From the NCBI GenBank assembly GCA_976551045.1, contig CDPCPM010000169.1:3658001-3722000 (forward strand): a stretch of 64,000 bases of DNA, in the 5' to 3' direction. The translations under genes were made by a program, and so were the position numbers. How positions within the stretch are numbered: position 1 is the stretch's first letter; the number at the start of each line of letters is the position of its first letter. The notes beneath the pieces are model-generated. The model was given only the letters and a program-made list of their open reading frames with translations, did no database searches and had not been told where the DNA came from. The DNA is from Glaucostegus cemiculus. Its lineage: Eukaryota. Shown one piece after another: positions 1-13,561 of the stretch.

Positions 1-1131
1 TTTTTAACGTAGGTTAGATTAAGAACTGAGAAAATTGGGACAACAGACAAGTCATTATTTTGCGAGGTTAATTATCATTGTTAAAAGAAAGGACAGCACA
101 GTGCTTTCCAATGAATAATTACACCATGTGATGCAGTGGTAGTAGTTGAGACTTAATTCTTGCTGACAGCTGCCTTAGCTGGTTTCGTATTGCATTGCAC
201 TTATGGGACAATTGTCTAAATATGTGCCACAGCATGAAGCTTTGGCGTACAAGGAATTGCACCCCGGTCTGCATGATTTTACATTGTGGGGAATGCAGTC
301 ACAGCTTCGCAATTTGTGCTCCTGGGAGAAAGGCTATGTGTTGTACTTACTCAAAAAAATCTGTTCTTTGGTCCCAATGATTCCATATTAGGAGGCATTC
401 TCGTTTCATGACCTGTTTCAATTCCACCCTGCTGAAAAGCACATAGGATGTGCACTGAACAAAAACTAGATTGGAATCAATTTGAATGTTGTCCCAGGGA
501 AATAGCGTGTCGAAGCTCAGTCATTACATGGAATTCTTGTTGGTCGTGAACCTGTGGATGGAGCTTGTGGTTGTATTGCTGATACCTCATAGAAGTAAAT
601 AAAAGCTTCAGATATGGTGGAGATTCTGTGGGAATGCACCACTGGATGCCAGAGACTTTCATTCCTTGGAAAAGCAATCATAGTGTATTTATATTGAACT
701 CACGCTATTCTATAAATGGAAACGAGGCCATCTTCTTAAAGCTGGTGTGACTCCTATGTTCTCATGTAATTTCCACTTACTTCAACAGTAAATGGCTTTC
801 TGTATATGTACATATGTGAAATAAGTAAATATTTACTGAAAGGTAATTATTAATACTTTGGTGATTATTCAATTAACCATGAGAGCAATCTGTTCTGTGC
901 TCTACATAACTAACAAAGGCATCTCCAACCATGTTCTGGTATCCAGTATCAATCAAGTTCCCTCCCTCTTCCAAACCCATATTCCTCTGCAAATTTTCGA
1001 ATCAAAATGTCTGAGAAGTGTTTTTTGTTCCAAAATCAGTTAAATACAAGATTCATTACAATGTCTCTGTAGTTATTAATATGCTCACCCAATCCTTCTG
1101 GTCGACCATCTCTGCCTGTCTACCAGGCAAC

Positions 1132-1340
1132 CTCCCCATCCCCCCTGCCTCTGCCCCCCTCCCACCCCAGCCCCCTCCCCCCCCACCCCCCTCCTCCTCC
1201 CCCCCCACCCCCCTCCTCCCCCACTCCCCCCCTCCCCCCCCCCCTCCTCAACCCCCTCCTCCCCCCTCCTCAACCCCCTCCTCAACCCCCTCCTCCCACC
1301 TCCTCCCCCCCCCCCCACACACACACACACACACACTCCC
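1132..1340. repeat. C-rich low-complexity tract ending in a (CA)n microsatellite
   Basis: Runs of C interspersed with CCT units, then about 10 CA repeats at about 1316-1335. Confidence 0.9.
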
Positions 1341-3619
1341 TCTGCTTCCAATCCTGGTAAATCTCCCTGGTATTGGTTTACCTTCGTCTTTCAAGGCCCC
1401 TATAGTGGACCTGACCCACATCTAGATGAATCACATCACTTGCTGCTGGGTCACATATTCTGCTGCCAAAACAATTTCAGTATTATCTACTGTTCTTTGC
1501 TCCCAATTACCCTTCCATCCTTACTTCCATTAACAAGTTTAAGGATAGCATGGAAATCTTGAGAGAGAGACTGTCATCATCATACCAGCAACTCTTGCTG
1601 TAAGTCCCCTTCCTGTTATCCGCCAAATCATTAGTATTTTTCCAGCATTCTCCAACTTCGCTTTGAGCCAATATGTTTCTCTATGATTTCTTTTCCAAAC
1701 CCAAATCATCCATTAAATATAACTTCTGTGACATAATACAATTTCATTAAAACTGTAACCATTCAGTTTTCTGTCCAGTCCCCATATTATTTGGCATAGT
1801 CCTTCCATTTCAAAACTGTAATCTCCATTTCCTCATTACCTTGGTTTACATCTCCCAAGTGCTCTCTCATTTCCCATATGGAAGACATTCCTTAAGCAAA
1901 CTCTCTCTGTAACCACCATGAATGTCAGTGTCAGTGACTTTTCCTTTAATTATGGCAGGTTGCCTCCTGTCACTCAAACCACTTGGTGGCCTTTATTCAG
2001 TGAGGCAGCTAAGCAGTGGCCATTGCATAAAACCATGGTATTCAGATCATACACAAGATGTAAAGGTATGCTATTTGGCTTGTACCTTTTGTGGTTTAGG
2101 TTAAACTGAATTCTGTGTGTTTTTCATGTGTTCTGTTCCCTCGCTGTCAATACTTCCTAATGTTTAAGGAATGTCCATCTTGCTCTTGCACTTACAGGAT
2201 GGTTTTGTACAGGACTGATAAGAATCAAACCTGAAAAAAATTCTAATGGAATAAAAGGCAAATACATGCCAGATTTACAACCTATGCTTATAAGAATTTT
2301 GCCACTATATAGCCAGAGCTTGAAAGATTTCTGTTAGGACTAGCAAGCATAAGGAAGACAAGCAGAGTAGAATTGAAGTACAAAGGCATATACTGGAAGA
2401 AATCCTATCAGCAATGACCTCACTGTTTGGGTTAAAATAAAAATCCAGGCGTTATATTGATAATTCCATTTCAACGTACTCTAAATACAGCAAGTTTTAA
2501 AATAATTTGCACAACCCTAACACTTTTCAAATTTATCATTTATTGTAAATATTAGATAACAGTGCTGTTATATGTGTTCATTAATGACTTATGGTACTAA
2601 TGTGTACAGCAATTTCAGATGGCTGAGCCAGGCTTTGAACTCAAGTTAAACAATCTGTACAAATTAAGTTTAAAATAAATAGATTCATGGTAAATTCAGT
2701 TTAAGATTTCAACCAAAGTTAATAAACATTCCATTTTCTACTACCACACTTTTCTGATGCTGCCTAGTGCCAAGTGCATTTGGTGTCAAATCTTACAGGA
2801 AGTTCTTGGAAGCATCTGCGAGTACTTTTGCAAAGCATGGTTTAAGTGCATTTTCATTATGGACATCAAACAATTTTCTGTTCAGTTTAAAATGTTGAGT
2901 GAAGTTCTTATCACACTAATTTCATAGACAAAGCCATCTTTTGGTGTATGGCATAATCTCCATTACAAAAATAATGATAAACAGAAACAAAACATTTCGG
3001 AATTAAAATGAAGCCCAATTAAAGTGACAGACTGATACCTCATAACCTGAGACAATAAACTGGAAATGAACAAGTGACATTCTAACACTGATTGGAGCCT
3101 TCACTGAAATATTTACTACACTCTAGGTTAACTGAGTAATGATTAAACTGAATATCAGATTTTAAACTATATATCCACTTAGGCTTTAAATCCAATCATA
3201 AGATTGATGGTGAGGTTGAATATTTATTTTCATAATAACATTGTGAGACAGTAATGTTTAATCGTGGTATGGTCTGCAACATCACAATGTGATTAATTGT
3301 ATGACTTGCTACTTTTTTTTAACCTTAGGGCAGGAAACCGCGGAACTGTCCCCACTCACATAACAGTGTTTCTGCAGCAATTCTGGTGAAGTAACACTTG
3401 TCATTTGCAAACAGCACTGAGGTGTTTCTCAAAACTAAACCCAGAGAAAAATGCAAAAGTCATATAACTTCAGCTAGCAACAGGTAGTAACTTCAGCATT
3501 ATCTGACCAACAGTTTTCTTTTTTTTACGTGCAGAGTAACAGCTGGAAGCTAATGGAGAAAACTGTATTCCACTACAAATGAGAAAGATAATAGGTCACA
3601 CATACTCCTAGAATGGTAC

Positions 3620-3900
3620 TGAACTAAGTAAGAGTGTAAACAGAAACACGAAAATAGAAATAATTAAGCTTTATATTGCTCTGGTCAGACTGTATTTTGA
3701 GCAGTATGTCAAGGTCTCCTTGCTAGTTAACAAGGGATGTATTCAGACACTGATCCCTAATGCCTAAGGTGTGAATTATGAGGTAGACCTGAGAGATTTG
3801 AAGGCTGAAGTGGTCAGCACTGGGAAAAGAATGTTTTGTGTTCAGGCTGGGTGATTAATCTGTGATGGCATAGGCCATACTCAAAATTAAAGCTATCACC
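3620..3900 (+). mobile_element. Highly decayed CR1-type LINE fragment
   Basis: ctttatattgctctggtcagactgtattttgagcagtatgt resembles the CR1 ORF2 LY..LVRPHLEYC region. Confidence 0.4.
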
Positions 3901-4989
3901 TAATTATCATGATTTTCCAGCACTAACAGCATTGTTTATTGTCCTAATATATTTCCACAGAGACTCTTGAGTAACTAGTGCTAGTTCAAGTTAGCCAGCT
4001 GTGATTGAATCCAGTTTGCACATCTTAGACAGGAGGCCCTTTGTGGTTAGAAATGGCTGGAGGAATGGTTCTATAAGCCTTTGGAGCTTGCTTAAAGACT
4101 TGACTGATCACAGATATCAAGATCATTCGAGGCTTTGGTAAATGACTAGGAAAGAAGAGAAATAATCTCTACCCAAAGACCTCCAGATGCATGTTAGAGT
4201 ATGAGTGGAAGCAAACAAGTGGAAGGAATCAAAACCTCAAGAATGTGCATGCGATAGAGGAAAAAAAATAGTGGCTTATAAACATTGTCAAATGTATTTT
4301 TAAATCCCATCTACCACCAGCTTCCCCAATGCACTCACATCCTGCTTAGTACTGCACATCTTGACAAGTACCAACAATTTCTATCAGTACTTGGATCCAA
4401 CATTCATAAACCCACCACACGTTTAACACAATTAAACATCTCCCAGCCTCACACCAACATCTCAGAGCTTGTACTGCATTACAAATGATTCAGGCATACC
4501 AGGCATAGCACCCAAACACATCACAGGAAAAAACTTGCCTTAATTTTGTAGAAAAAGATGGCACTTAAGTGATGCCAGCAGCAGGGAAGCAGTGGGAGAC
4601 ATGCATATCTCCACTGATTCAGCCAATGGAGGAGAGTGCTGGCTATTAATGGAGCTGCCATCACAACAATTGAAAGCCATCAGCAGTCCAGAGACCAATA
4701 CATATGGCAATATGCCTACACCTAACCTTCTTTCTCATGTAAAGCTTAACACAATTTCTTCTGTTTGGCAAGCTGCAGATGATGTAAGCATGAACATCTT
4801 TCTGCATCCCATCTCTAATTCTATCTATATGTCTTTCTTCAAAGAGCAAAGGGGCTCAGCCTATCCTGACCCAACAGCTTTATTGTAAGAAAGTGATCAT
4901 AAATGCAAACACTCACTCGATTTAACACACTCAGCAACCAGCTGAGATCCTGGCATTTCACATACTGTACAAGCCACTAAGACCCCAAT

Positions 4990-5300
4990 TTGTTCAAACC
5001 CAGAACTCTAGTGCCAGTCTTGAGTTCGATTTTAGACCATCCTCATCAATCTTTGAATTTGATCCTGGACGAATCTTATTAACCTGCGGAACATCCCAGA
5101 CGACACTCGTTAACCTTGGGTTGGATCCCGGACGAACCCCCAATTTTGTTACTAACCAGCAACAAGAGAAACACACCAAGTAAGGTGTAAGTGTTAAAAG
5201 CTACTTTATTAATAACTACTTATGATAATAAGAAAAATAAAAGTAAAAATGTTAGAGTGTTAGAAGTAAAAATGTTAGATCTTAAACATTAACCCCAAAT
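4990..5300 (-). mobile_element. LTR-retroelement fragment: LTR 3' part, tRNA-Pro primer-binding site and leader
   Basis: Minus strand reads AATAAA...GTTAGTAACA (LTR end at 5147), then AAAT, then TGGGGGTTCGTCCGGGAT (5142-5125), a 17/18 match to the canonical tRNA-Pro PBS TGGGGGCTCGTCCGGGAT. Confidence 0.8.
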
Positions 5301-6559
5301 GTTGCAAAACACTGAGCAAGAGTGGTCTGCCATTCGCGCAGGGTGAATAGGCAGGCTATAGGCCAAGAGGATGAAGTCACACAGAACCTGAGCTGTAAAG
5401 GACTCTGATGGAGACATCCAAACAAAGGCTGTGTGACTTCACCCTCCTGACATTGAGCCTGCCCTTGCACCCTGCACTAGTGAGATTTTGCTGCATTGAC
5501 AGACTCGCTGGCGAACATCTGGAAATATCAAGGATCTTTGGTGTCAAGACAGCACCCTACCCTTGGATTAGCACAAAATCTCATTCCACCTTTACAGCAT
5601 GGAAGTGGCAGTAATTCCTATTTCAGCAACCAAACTTGATGACCAGTCTCAGCTTCTATTGCTGCACAAGCAGAAGCTAACGAGTGCCTGATGCTGCAGT
5701 GGAACCTCAAACATCTGCCATACAAGCGAAGACTGCTTCAGTCATGGCTCTGGATTCCACTGTTGTAAGGGCTTTAGAGTGTCATAGCACTCCAGCAGTC
5801 GGTCTTGCAACAGGTACAAAAGACTGTTGAGATGTTGTCCCAGGAGACTGGAAGTAGCTCTGCAGTACAAGAATCAGCTTTCCTACCACTGCATCTTGCC
5901 ACTGTCTTTGCTCCTATGGTTTTCAGCCAGAAGCTCAAGTGATTGATTTAACTCAGTTTGCTCTTGTGGTCCCCACCATTACGAATGTAAGTTTGCAGTG
6001 TTCTTGTAAATTTGCAGTGTAAATGTAAATGTTAATGGGATTGACTCATTGTGATAGGGAAACAGGCAAGATCACTGAATATACCAAGAGCCTTGGAACA
6101 GGCCAACATCCTGGCTTCTGTGCTGATAACTTGTGCCTCAAAACTAGTTGTAACTTCGCCAGTACTGCTATCTGACAATGGGGCAATTTGTCTTGATATG
6201 TTGTATCCACAACAAGCATGACCATTTTAATCTGGCTAACTACTGCTCTATCAGTCTTCTTTCAATTATCAGCAGATAGAAAATGCTATTGTGGCACTTA
6301 CTCACCATTTACCTGCACTTTGCTGCTCAGGTGGGGCAGCAGAATTCATTACTGACTTGTCTAAACATGGACAAAACAGCAGAATTCCAGAGCAAGGTGA
6401 AGGTGACTCTGCCCTTTGTATCAAAGTAACAGTAGACTGAGTGTGCCATGAAAGAATCTTAGTAAATTTGGTAACAACAAAAATAAAGGGGAAAAATCTC
6501 CAGTGATTGCAATAACAGTGAAAACAAGCAAGGTAGTTGTGTTTTTTGGAGATCAATCA

Positions 6560-7090
6560 TCTCAGTCCCAAACTTCCTTAAATCCCTGTCCGAGGCCCAG
6601 AAGTTTTTAATTGTTCCATCATAACTTTGCTTCCACTATAATATCACATTTGCCTAGATGAGTGAAGCTTCAACCGCACTCTCAAAGCTCAAGACCATCC
6701 AATACAAAGCAGTGTACTTAAATGGGCTCCAATCTACCACATATTTATTGCCTTTACTACAAGTTCACCATGGTTGCAGTGTGTAATATCTGCAAAATGC
6801 ATTGCAACAACTTGTCAAGGCTTCTTTAATCAAACCTTTCTGATTCATGACCATCACTACCAGAAACAGCAAGAGTTAGAGGGTGATTGGAAAACCACCA
6901 CCTGTATATTGCCATTCCTTCACAATCATTGGATCTCAATGTTGAAACTCTGCACTCAATAGTGTTTCAGAGTATTTTCATCATATCAACCATATATTTA
7001 TTAGCAGAGCAAATAGGTTCTCACCACTGCCTTCTTAGGGGCAATTTGGGATGGGCCATGATTGATGGCTTTGCTAAAAATACTCAAATC
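6560..7090 (+). mobile_element. Decayed LINE 3' end (CR1/L2 group)
   Basis: Ends in caccactgccttcttaggggcaatttgggatgggc, a tail also seen at about 12370-12420 and, reversed, at about 17200-17260. Confidence 0.5.
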
Positions 7091-7404
7091 ACAGATGTAC
7101 ATTTGAAAAGGTGTACAGATCACAGGCACAAAAGGGATGCACATGTGTGTATAGTTAATGTCTGTGTGTATTTTGTCATGATTGAATGTGTAATTATAGT
7201 TTGGATTAACAATTTAGTGTCGGCCTCTATTCTTTAATTGTGGTCAAGTGAACACTGTGATGGCCATAAACGGTGTGAAGGTAAATGACAACTCCAATGG
7301 AATGAAGAATTAAAATTGAATTTACTGAAACAGTAGTTGGATCAGTACATCTCCAGGAAGTGGTTCATAGTGTTTCTTCCTCTTTACCTCTTCTTCCTAC
7401 ACCA

Positions 7405-7437
7405 CTCTACCCTCCTCCTCCTCCTCCTCTACCTCCC
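7405..7437. repeat. (CCT)n microsatellite
   Basis: cctcctcctcctcctcctct with degenerate flanks. Confidence 0.8.
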
Positions 7438-9709
7438 CTGCTCTGCTGATCCAAAATGGCTAATAAGAGCTTAGCCTGTTGTCTGGCTGCAGTTGTCGCT
7501 GCAGCGTTTGCCACAGTACATTACAGTGTATAGGCAAAATAGCCTCTAGTGCGTAGGTTTTAGACCACTGGCATTACAATCCTGGTCCTGTTCTCTGACT
7601 GCAGTTGTGGTTAGGTACATTGTATGGTTCCATCAGACCCACTTGGAGAAGCTGTGTTGCTTCAAGCACTGCTCCTCACTGAAATATCATAGAAAACTGC
7701 AACTGAAAATCCCACTGTAGATAGCTCTTCCTGTGACGACACTGTTGTCACTTGTGCTCTTTTTCTACCCACTCTTCTAACTAGCTTTCTCTCCTCTGCA
7801 GCCATCTTCTTCTCCCTGTTATGCGGAAGAGCAAGGATTGGACATCAAAGTCTCTTTACTGGGTACAAAAATGTTGAGATTATCCCAGGAAAATACATAA
7901 TTCTTGCTTCCTGCAGGCTTCAGTAACCATTAAAAGTTCTGAAAACATGAAGCAATGTTTCACTAGAGCCAGCACTTCCTTCAATCAATCACCTGCATGT
8001 ATTTGATGGGCAGTTTGGAGGTCTCACCTGCTGGTAAATACTGGTACAAATTAAAAACACAGCATTGAACTCTGATATCACGGTTGTGAAATCAGTAGTG
8101 TATGAGGGTTGTCAGCATCTGTCTGTTCTGCATACTTCCAGCATCCATGAGCGTTGCACACAGTACTGCACTCACCAAAATGGTCAATAGTATGTCTAAC
8201 ACTGCAACTGTGCCTCACACATTGCACAGAAAATTTTAAGCAAATTGTCCTGCAGATCCAAAATAAGAATGCAGTGCAAATAAATTTCACAGTTTTGGTT
8301 TTTTTAGGTTGGAAAGAAGAAACTACAGAGGTGATATTTAGGTAATTATGAGAGTGAGTTGAAATAATCTGATTAAGAAAAATTATTCTGGGATAAATGT
8401 AATTTGATTGTGGGAGTAGAAGCTTGGTCAAAGTAGTAAAATGCATTATTATTTAAATGGATTTATTCATCGAGAACTGATATTCTTAGAGTAATCAACA
8501 TAAAATATTGATACAACATTATGATCAGGAAACTGTCGAATCTTTCTCCAGCTTAAGTTAAGACAGGATGAATAGCCTTTCTCAATTTATTGGCCTGAAT
8601 TTTGCTAAGTGATATCTGGCAGTTTCAAAGGAAAGCACCAACGATTGGCTATTTGCACCTCAGCACGTCTTCAATTTCCATGCATGTCAGGCAAAAGGTG
8701 GCAGTCCGAGTTGTTCTGCCAGTGCATCTGAATGTCCACTCTGCCACTGTGCCCTGTAGTGGTTGGTAATTTACTGGAGAGGGTCCAGATTTGCTTTGCA
8801 ACCAGCCCTCAGTTTTATGTCTGTAAACCTGGCAAACAAACAGCAAATCCATTCAATCCAAAGGAGGTCCTGTGTTAAATGGCTTTTACTGATTTTTACT
8901 TTAATGTTTTATTTATTTATTGGTACTTTAATGTGCTTTCAATTAAATATATGTTTACTCTTTTTTCATGTTTTAAATATATTTAAATGTCCATGACTCT
9001 CAGAAACTTTTAAAAAATAGTTAAAAAAAACATTTAACAGCCAGTGAACTGTCAGAGCTTGCAGGATATGCTGGATGCAGGGCCTCAGGATACAACACCT
9101 GAGGCCTCCTTGCTGCTCAAAGGCCACCCCACCTCACTTGACACCCCTCAGGTAAAGGAAGGTCAACTGACTCAGCTGGAGGAAGGAAATGGGGGCGAGT
9201 GAGGGCTCTGAGCATGAATTGGGCAGTGGACTGCCATCCAGCCCACATCTGTGTTCCTGTTAGAGTACCTAAAGAATAACACTTACTCAATTCTGAATAC
9301 TGAAAGACTCAAGGAAATTATTTTGTGAAGAGTACACCAGTACAGTTTCTTATTATTGTTTTGTACCAACATTGTTATTGAATAAAATATAATATTTTAA
9401 GTTATACAAACATAAATTAAAATTATACTTTATTATAATCTCCCTCTGCTATTTGCTTCTTAGCTCCATTAGCAACTGATAAGCAGAATAAAATCTTAAA
9501 TCTTTGCTTAGAGTCAATAAAAATTGTCATAATTCAGAAATATGAGAAGCAGTGAGGCCAGCAATATCTGCTGGTCCTGCATCATAATAAGAAGGAAGAT
9601 ACTGGTCCTAAAGTAATGTTTGTGAAGACATACATGAGACTAGAGTAGTGAATGTGTGTAAGCCTGTGATTGAAAAGGGGCTGAGTCTAAATAGGTATTT
9701 CTTAACAGA

Positions 9710-10062
9710 GAACATAGTACGTTACAGCACATTATTGGCCTTTCGGCCCACAATGTTGGGCTGACATTTTATCCTGCTCTAAGATCTAGCTAACCCTTCC
9801 CTCCCACATAGCCCTCCATTTCTCTATCATTCATGTATCTATCCAAGGTTCTCTTCAATGTCCCTAATGTATCTTCCCCACAATCTCTGCTGGCAATGCG
9901 TTCCATGCACCCACCACTCTCTGTAAAAAAAACTTACCCCTGACATTCCCCTTATATCTTCCTCCAACCACCTTAAAATCCCTTGTGTTAGCCATGGTCA
10001 CCCTGGGAAAAAAGTCTCTGACTGTCCACTCGATCTATGCCTCTCATCATCTTGTACACCTT
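9710..10062 (-). mobile_element. CR1-type (HER1-like) LINE 3' end
   Basis: aacatag...acagcac...ggcctttcggcccacaatgtt...ttccatgcacccaccactctctg...cttgtacacc is the reverse complement of the CR1 ORF2 C-terminus and 3' UTR. Confidence 0.8.
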
Positions 10063-12029
10063 CAAGCCACATTTTCCATTAAACCAGCAAAAATTGAAGA
10101 GAAAAAATATTTAGTCAAACATTTTAATATATGCTGTGTACAAACAGAAAAATAAATGTGCTTAAGTAATTTGTCAAAGATTACTATATTGCTGCTTAAA
10201 AAAAATTCTTACAATCTTTATAGGGAGCATAAACTTGAACAGATTATTTATAACCATATTCATTAACCACACGTTGAACAAATTAAGGCTGCAACGGCCC
10301 ACAAAAAATGCTGATTAAAAAGTAATATGATTTAAGAGTGCTTAGAATTTCTTGGCAGTCAGCCAGCTATTGCAGTGCTTTTTTCCAAATCATTTTGGTA
10401 TCATTATGCAAGTACTTTTTTCTGACAGAACAGGAACAATATAACATGCATTCTGATACTATTCTAGGCCAGGAGGCCCCACTTCTCAAGGGAGCACTTA
10501 CAGGGTCACAGTCCTGCAGTCAAAAAAACAGATAACTGTGTTTTCTTTAGTAGATGACGATGACCACAAAAGACTATTCACACTTCCCTCAATAAACACA
10601 CAAAGCAGTCACAACCAATGCATAGATTACTATTTGTTTCACTGCTAGAGGCTGTTCAAAACTGCTGTAATTTATAATAGTACAAACAGCCTGAATTTAC
10701 TTAAACCCTTATTCCTATCAAAGCATGAAGTAAAAAAAATGAAGTTGACCACTTAAATAATATGCACATGGTGTGCAAACCCAGCTCATCTCCTGGAGGT
10801 GCTTTGTACTATAAAAATGAACTGGAAGAAATAAACTTGATGGATTGCTTTACTGTGTTTTCTTCTGCCTGCTCTGTTATTAGCCACTAATACCACAATG
10901 GTTGGCACACCACCAAGAAGCACTAAACCTGTTTTTATGCTGTTCAACACTCCTGCAAATGCTACTTTCTCCCAAAAGTATAGGCCTCAGAGTTGGCCTC
11001 AAACTGTACTTCGAACCACAAGGATTCACTGGAGGCCAAATTCAATAAACCTCAAAAATGGGTGCAAAGATCTTGATGCACAATTAACCTGCACCCTTTG
11101 TGTGGAATACAGGCAGCAAGCCAACTAAATGCTGTCTGGTCATTTTGATTATTTAGGCATTCATCCAGTGCTAACCCTGATACGGAATGGCAGAACACTT
11201 CAACAGGAGACTACTATTGTGTGTGGTTAGCTCTAGTTCAACAAAGAAGGTCTGCCGTATTTAAAGATGGCCAGAAAGGTTCCGCATTCTTACTGATACG
11301 GTACAGGCAATCATTCTAACTTGGTAAACAAGATGGCTGAGATTAGGCTCCAAATGTTTTACGTGGAGGAGATGTGAATTAGGACTGATGAGCTCTATCT
11401 TCAGGGGGCCAGTATATAATTGTGATGGCCAGGTATACTTTTGGACTCAACAATAAGGCAATGTCTGAAGACCAACTTTCCAACTCCAATTGTAGCTCAC
11501 ACAGCACAACATAATTTCTGAGTGCCACAGGGCAATCTCAGACTCCTGCCATGCAAGGTGAGATTGCAGCCTTCAAGGGTATGGACCACAATATGCAAGA
11601 GGTTCTGAGAATGTCACAACTATCCAGCAATTTGTTCTCAAACACGAGGATGATTGTGACATTACCCAACATGAGCAATGGTGGCTTCACTGATGGTCAC
11701 TTTCATCCTTACTACCCTTCTGCCAGTGCCCATGCTGTTTTCTATCAACCAGTCAGTGGACTTTACACTCAGATTCAGGGAAAGTGAAGCTGATCCACAG
11801 GCTTTCAAGGGCTAAAGCTGGTGGAGATCTTGTCCATCACTGAAAGTGAAAAATTGCTGTGTTTGCACTACATTCAAGCACCAGTCAGGCAAAGACACAA
11901 GGATGTGCAATAATGTGATTGGTTGACTTTTACATGATGTTATTCACAAATTTGACTTGGAATATTTATTTTTTGTTGGAATGTTTTTTTTGCATTGTGG
12001 TCAAGCAAATACATGTCAGGGATAAAGTG

Positions 12030-12455
12030 CAGCAGCACAGTGATTAATTTGCTGGATTTGTAATCCAGATGCCTAAATTAAAGATCTGGACATATGAGTT
12101 CAAATCCCATATTCAAATTCAAATTGCGAATTTGAATTTGTTTAACTCAATAGATATGGAATTAAAAACAAACAAGTATCAGTAATAGTTAATATAAAGC
12201 TACCACGTTGTCTTTAAAACTTTCTGGTTAACCACGTCCTTTAGGAAAGGAAATATGTCATCCTACCCTGCCCAGCCTATATGTCGTACCAGAACCACAG
12301 AAATGTAGTTGACTCATAAATGCTTTTTGAAATTGCCTGGCAAGTCATTCAATTGCCAAGGTTTTCCACTGCCACCTTTTCGAAGCAGTTAGGGATGGAC
12401 AATAAATTCTGGCCTTGTCACTGATTACTATATTTTCTGAACAAATTTCAAAAAA
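12030..12455 (+). mobile_element. Old tRNA-derived SINE with LINE-derived tail
   Basis: B-box-like GAGTTCAAATCCC at about 12097; tail gcagttagggatggacaataaattctggcc followed by an A-rich end. Confidence 0.6.
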
Positions 12456-12564
12456 GGCTATGCTATGGAGCTGTTGTTGAAACTTCAGAGGTAACATGGT
12501 CAGCTAATACATGTAGTTTGCTTTGTTCCCCTACCATGACAGCGTCCCCAAACTCTTTAACAGC

Positions 12565-12760
12565 CATAGAGTCGTATAGCACAGAAACAGATGTTTCACA
12601 CCAATTTTCAAGTACATATTTACAATAGTTCTATTTTTATTCTCCCCATATTCCCATTAACTGCCCCTGGACTCTACCACTCTGCTATGCATTGGGGGCA
12701 ATTGATAGTGGCCACCTAACATTTCTAACCACACCTTTGGCCTGTGAGAGGAAACGACCT
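12565..12760 (-). mobile_element. V-SINE/HE1-like SINE 3' half
   Basis: catagagtcgtatagcacagaaacag...ggggcaattgatagtggcc...gagaggaaac is the reverse complement of the SINE body seen at 13962 and 46190. Confidence 0.65.
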
Positions 12761-12764
12761 CATG

Positions 12765-13500
12765 ATAGTGATTGTGCAGCATGCAATACACTAACATGGA
12801 AGTTGGCAGCTGCAGAGACTAGGACATTGAAACTCCTGCTCTAACAGATTGTTAATTATTATGGCATTTTTCTAATGTATGCTGTGGACATGTACATGGA
12901 TTCAGCACCAGAGACAACTGTTATTTCTTCAGCAAATACACCCTGTTGTCCAATAACTATCTTTTTGGCTTGCCAAAGTGGTTCTATTGCAGTTGGTTTA
13001 GCAGACTTCTATCAGGATACAGGATGGTGACCTGCATGATTTCCTACCTATAGTTGCACAACAGGTAGACACTAAGTCAGTGGAGCCCCTTTTTGTTCTG
13101 ATATGAGTCAAAGTTAACATGTGGTTCTAATGATACCTTACAATCCAGCAAAGCCATATTCTGGCATTTGCATGCAACACATTGGAGACTTTAGCAACTT
13201 GGAACAATAGATATTACTCAACAATTGTAAGTAATCCTTTTAAAAAGGGCTCTTTCCATCTGCCAAAGGTAAAACTATGTAAAGGGAGTGTTAACTAAGG
13301 CAATGAGCTCCAAAACAGAAATACTGGTGCAAAAATCAGCACTCCACACTACAAGGTATTATTGTGTCTTGTCTGCATAATTCCAGTATTTGCTCTCTCT
13401 GCTCTTGTCCATAATGTTATCCCATATGATTTGCCCCACAAATGTGCACATTCCATTGAGGATGCCTTTTTAGATATCTAAGGAAGCAGAAATGTTAACT
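12765..13500 (-). mobile_element. Possible PIF/Harbinger transposase relic
   Basis: Minus strand gives VYCMLHN at about 12771-12791 (HARBI1-type CCxLHN motif), with weaker NVQ-like and GD.GYPL-like remnants near 13450 and 13250. Spacing is irregular and the frame is broken. Confidence 0.35.
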
Positions 13501-13561
13501 TAGTGCATTGGCAACATTCACTCAGGTTTTATCATCCATCCCAAAACTCTCAATATCTTGG

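Noticed and set aside
1018-1425. Proline-rich 135-aa ORF and glycine-rich antisense ORF
   Set aside because: Simple translation of the C-rich low-complexity tract.
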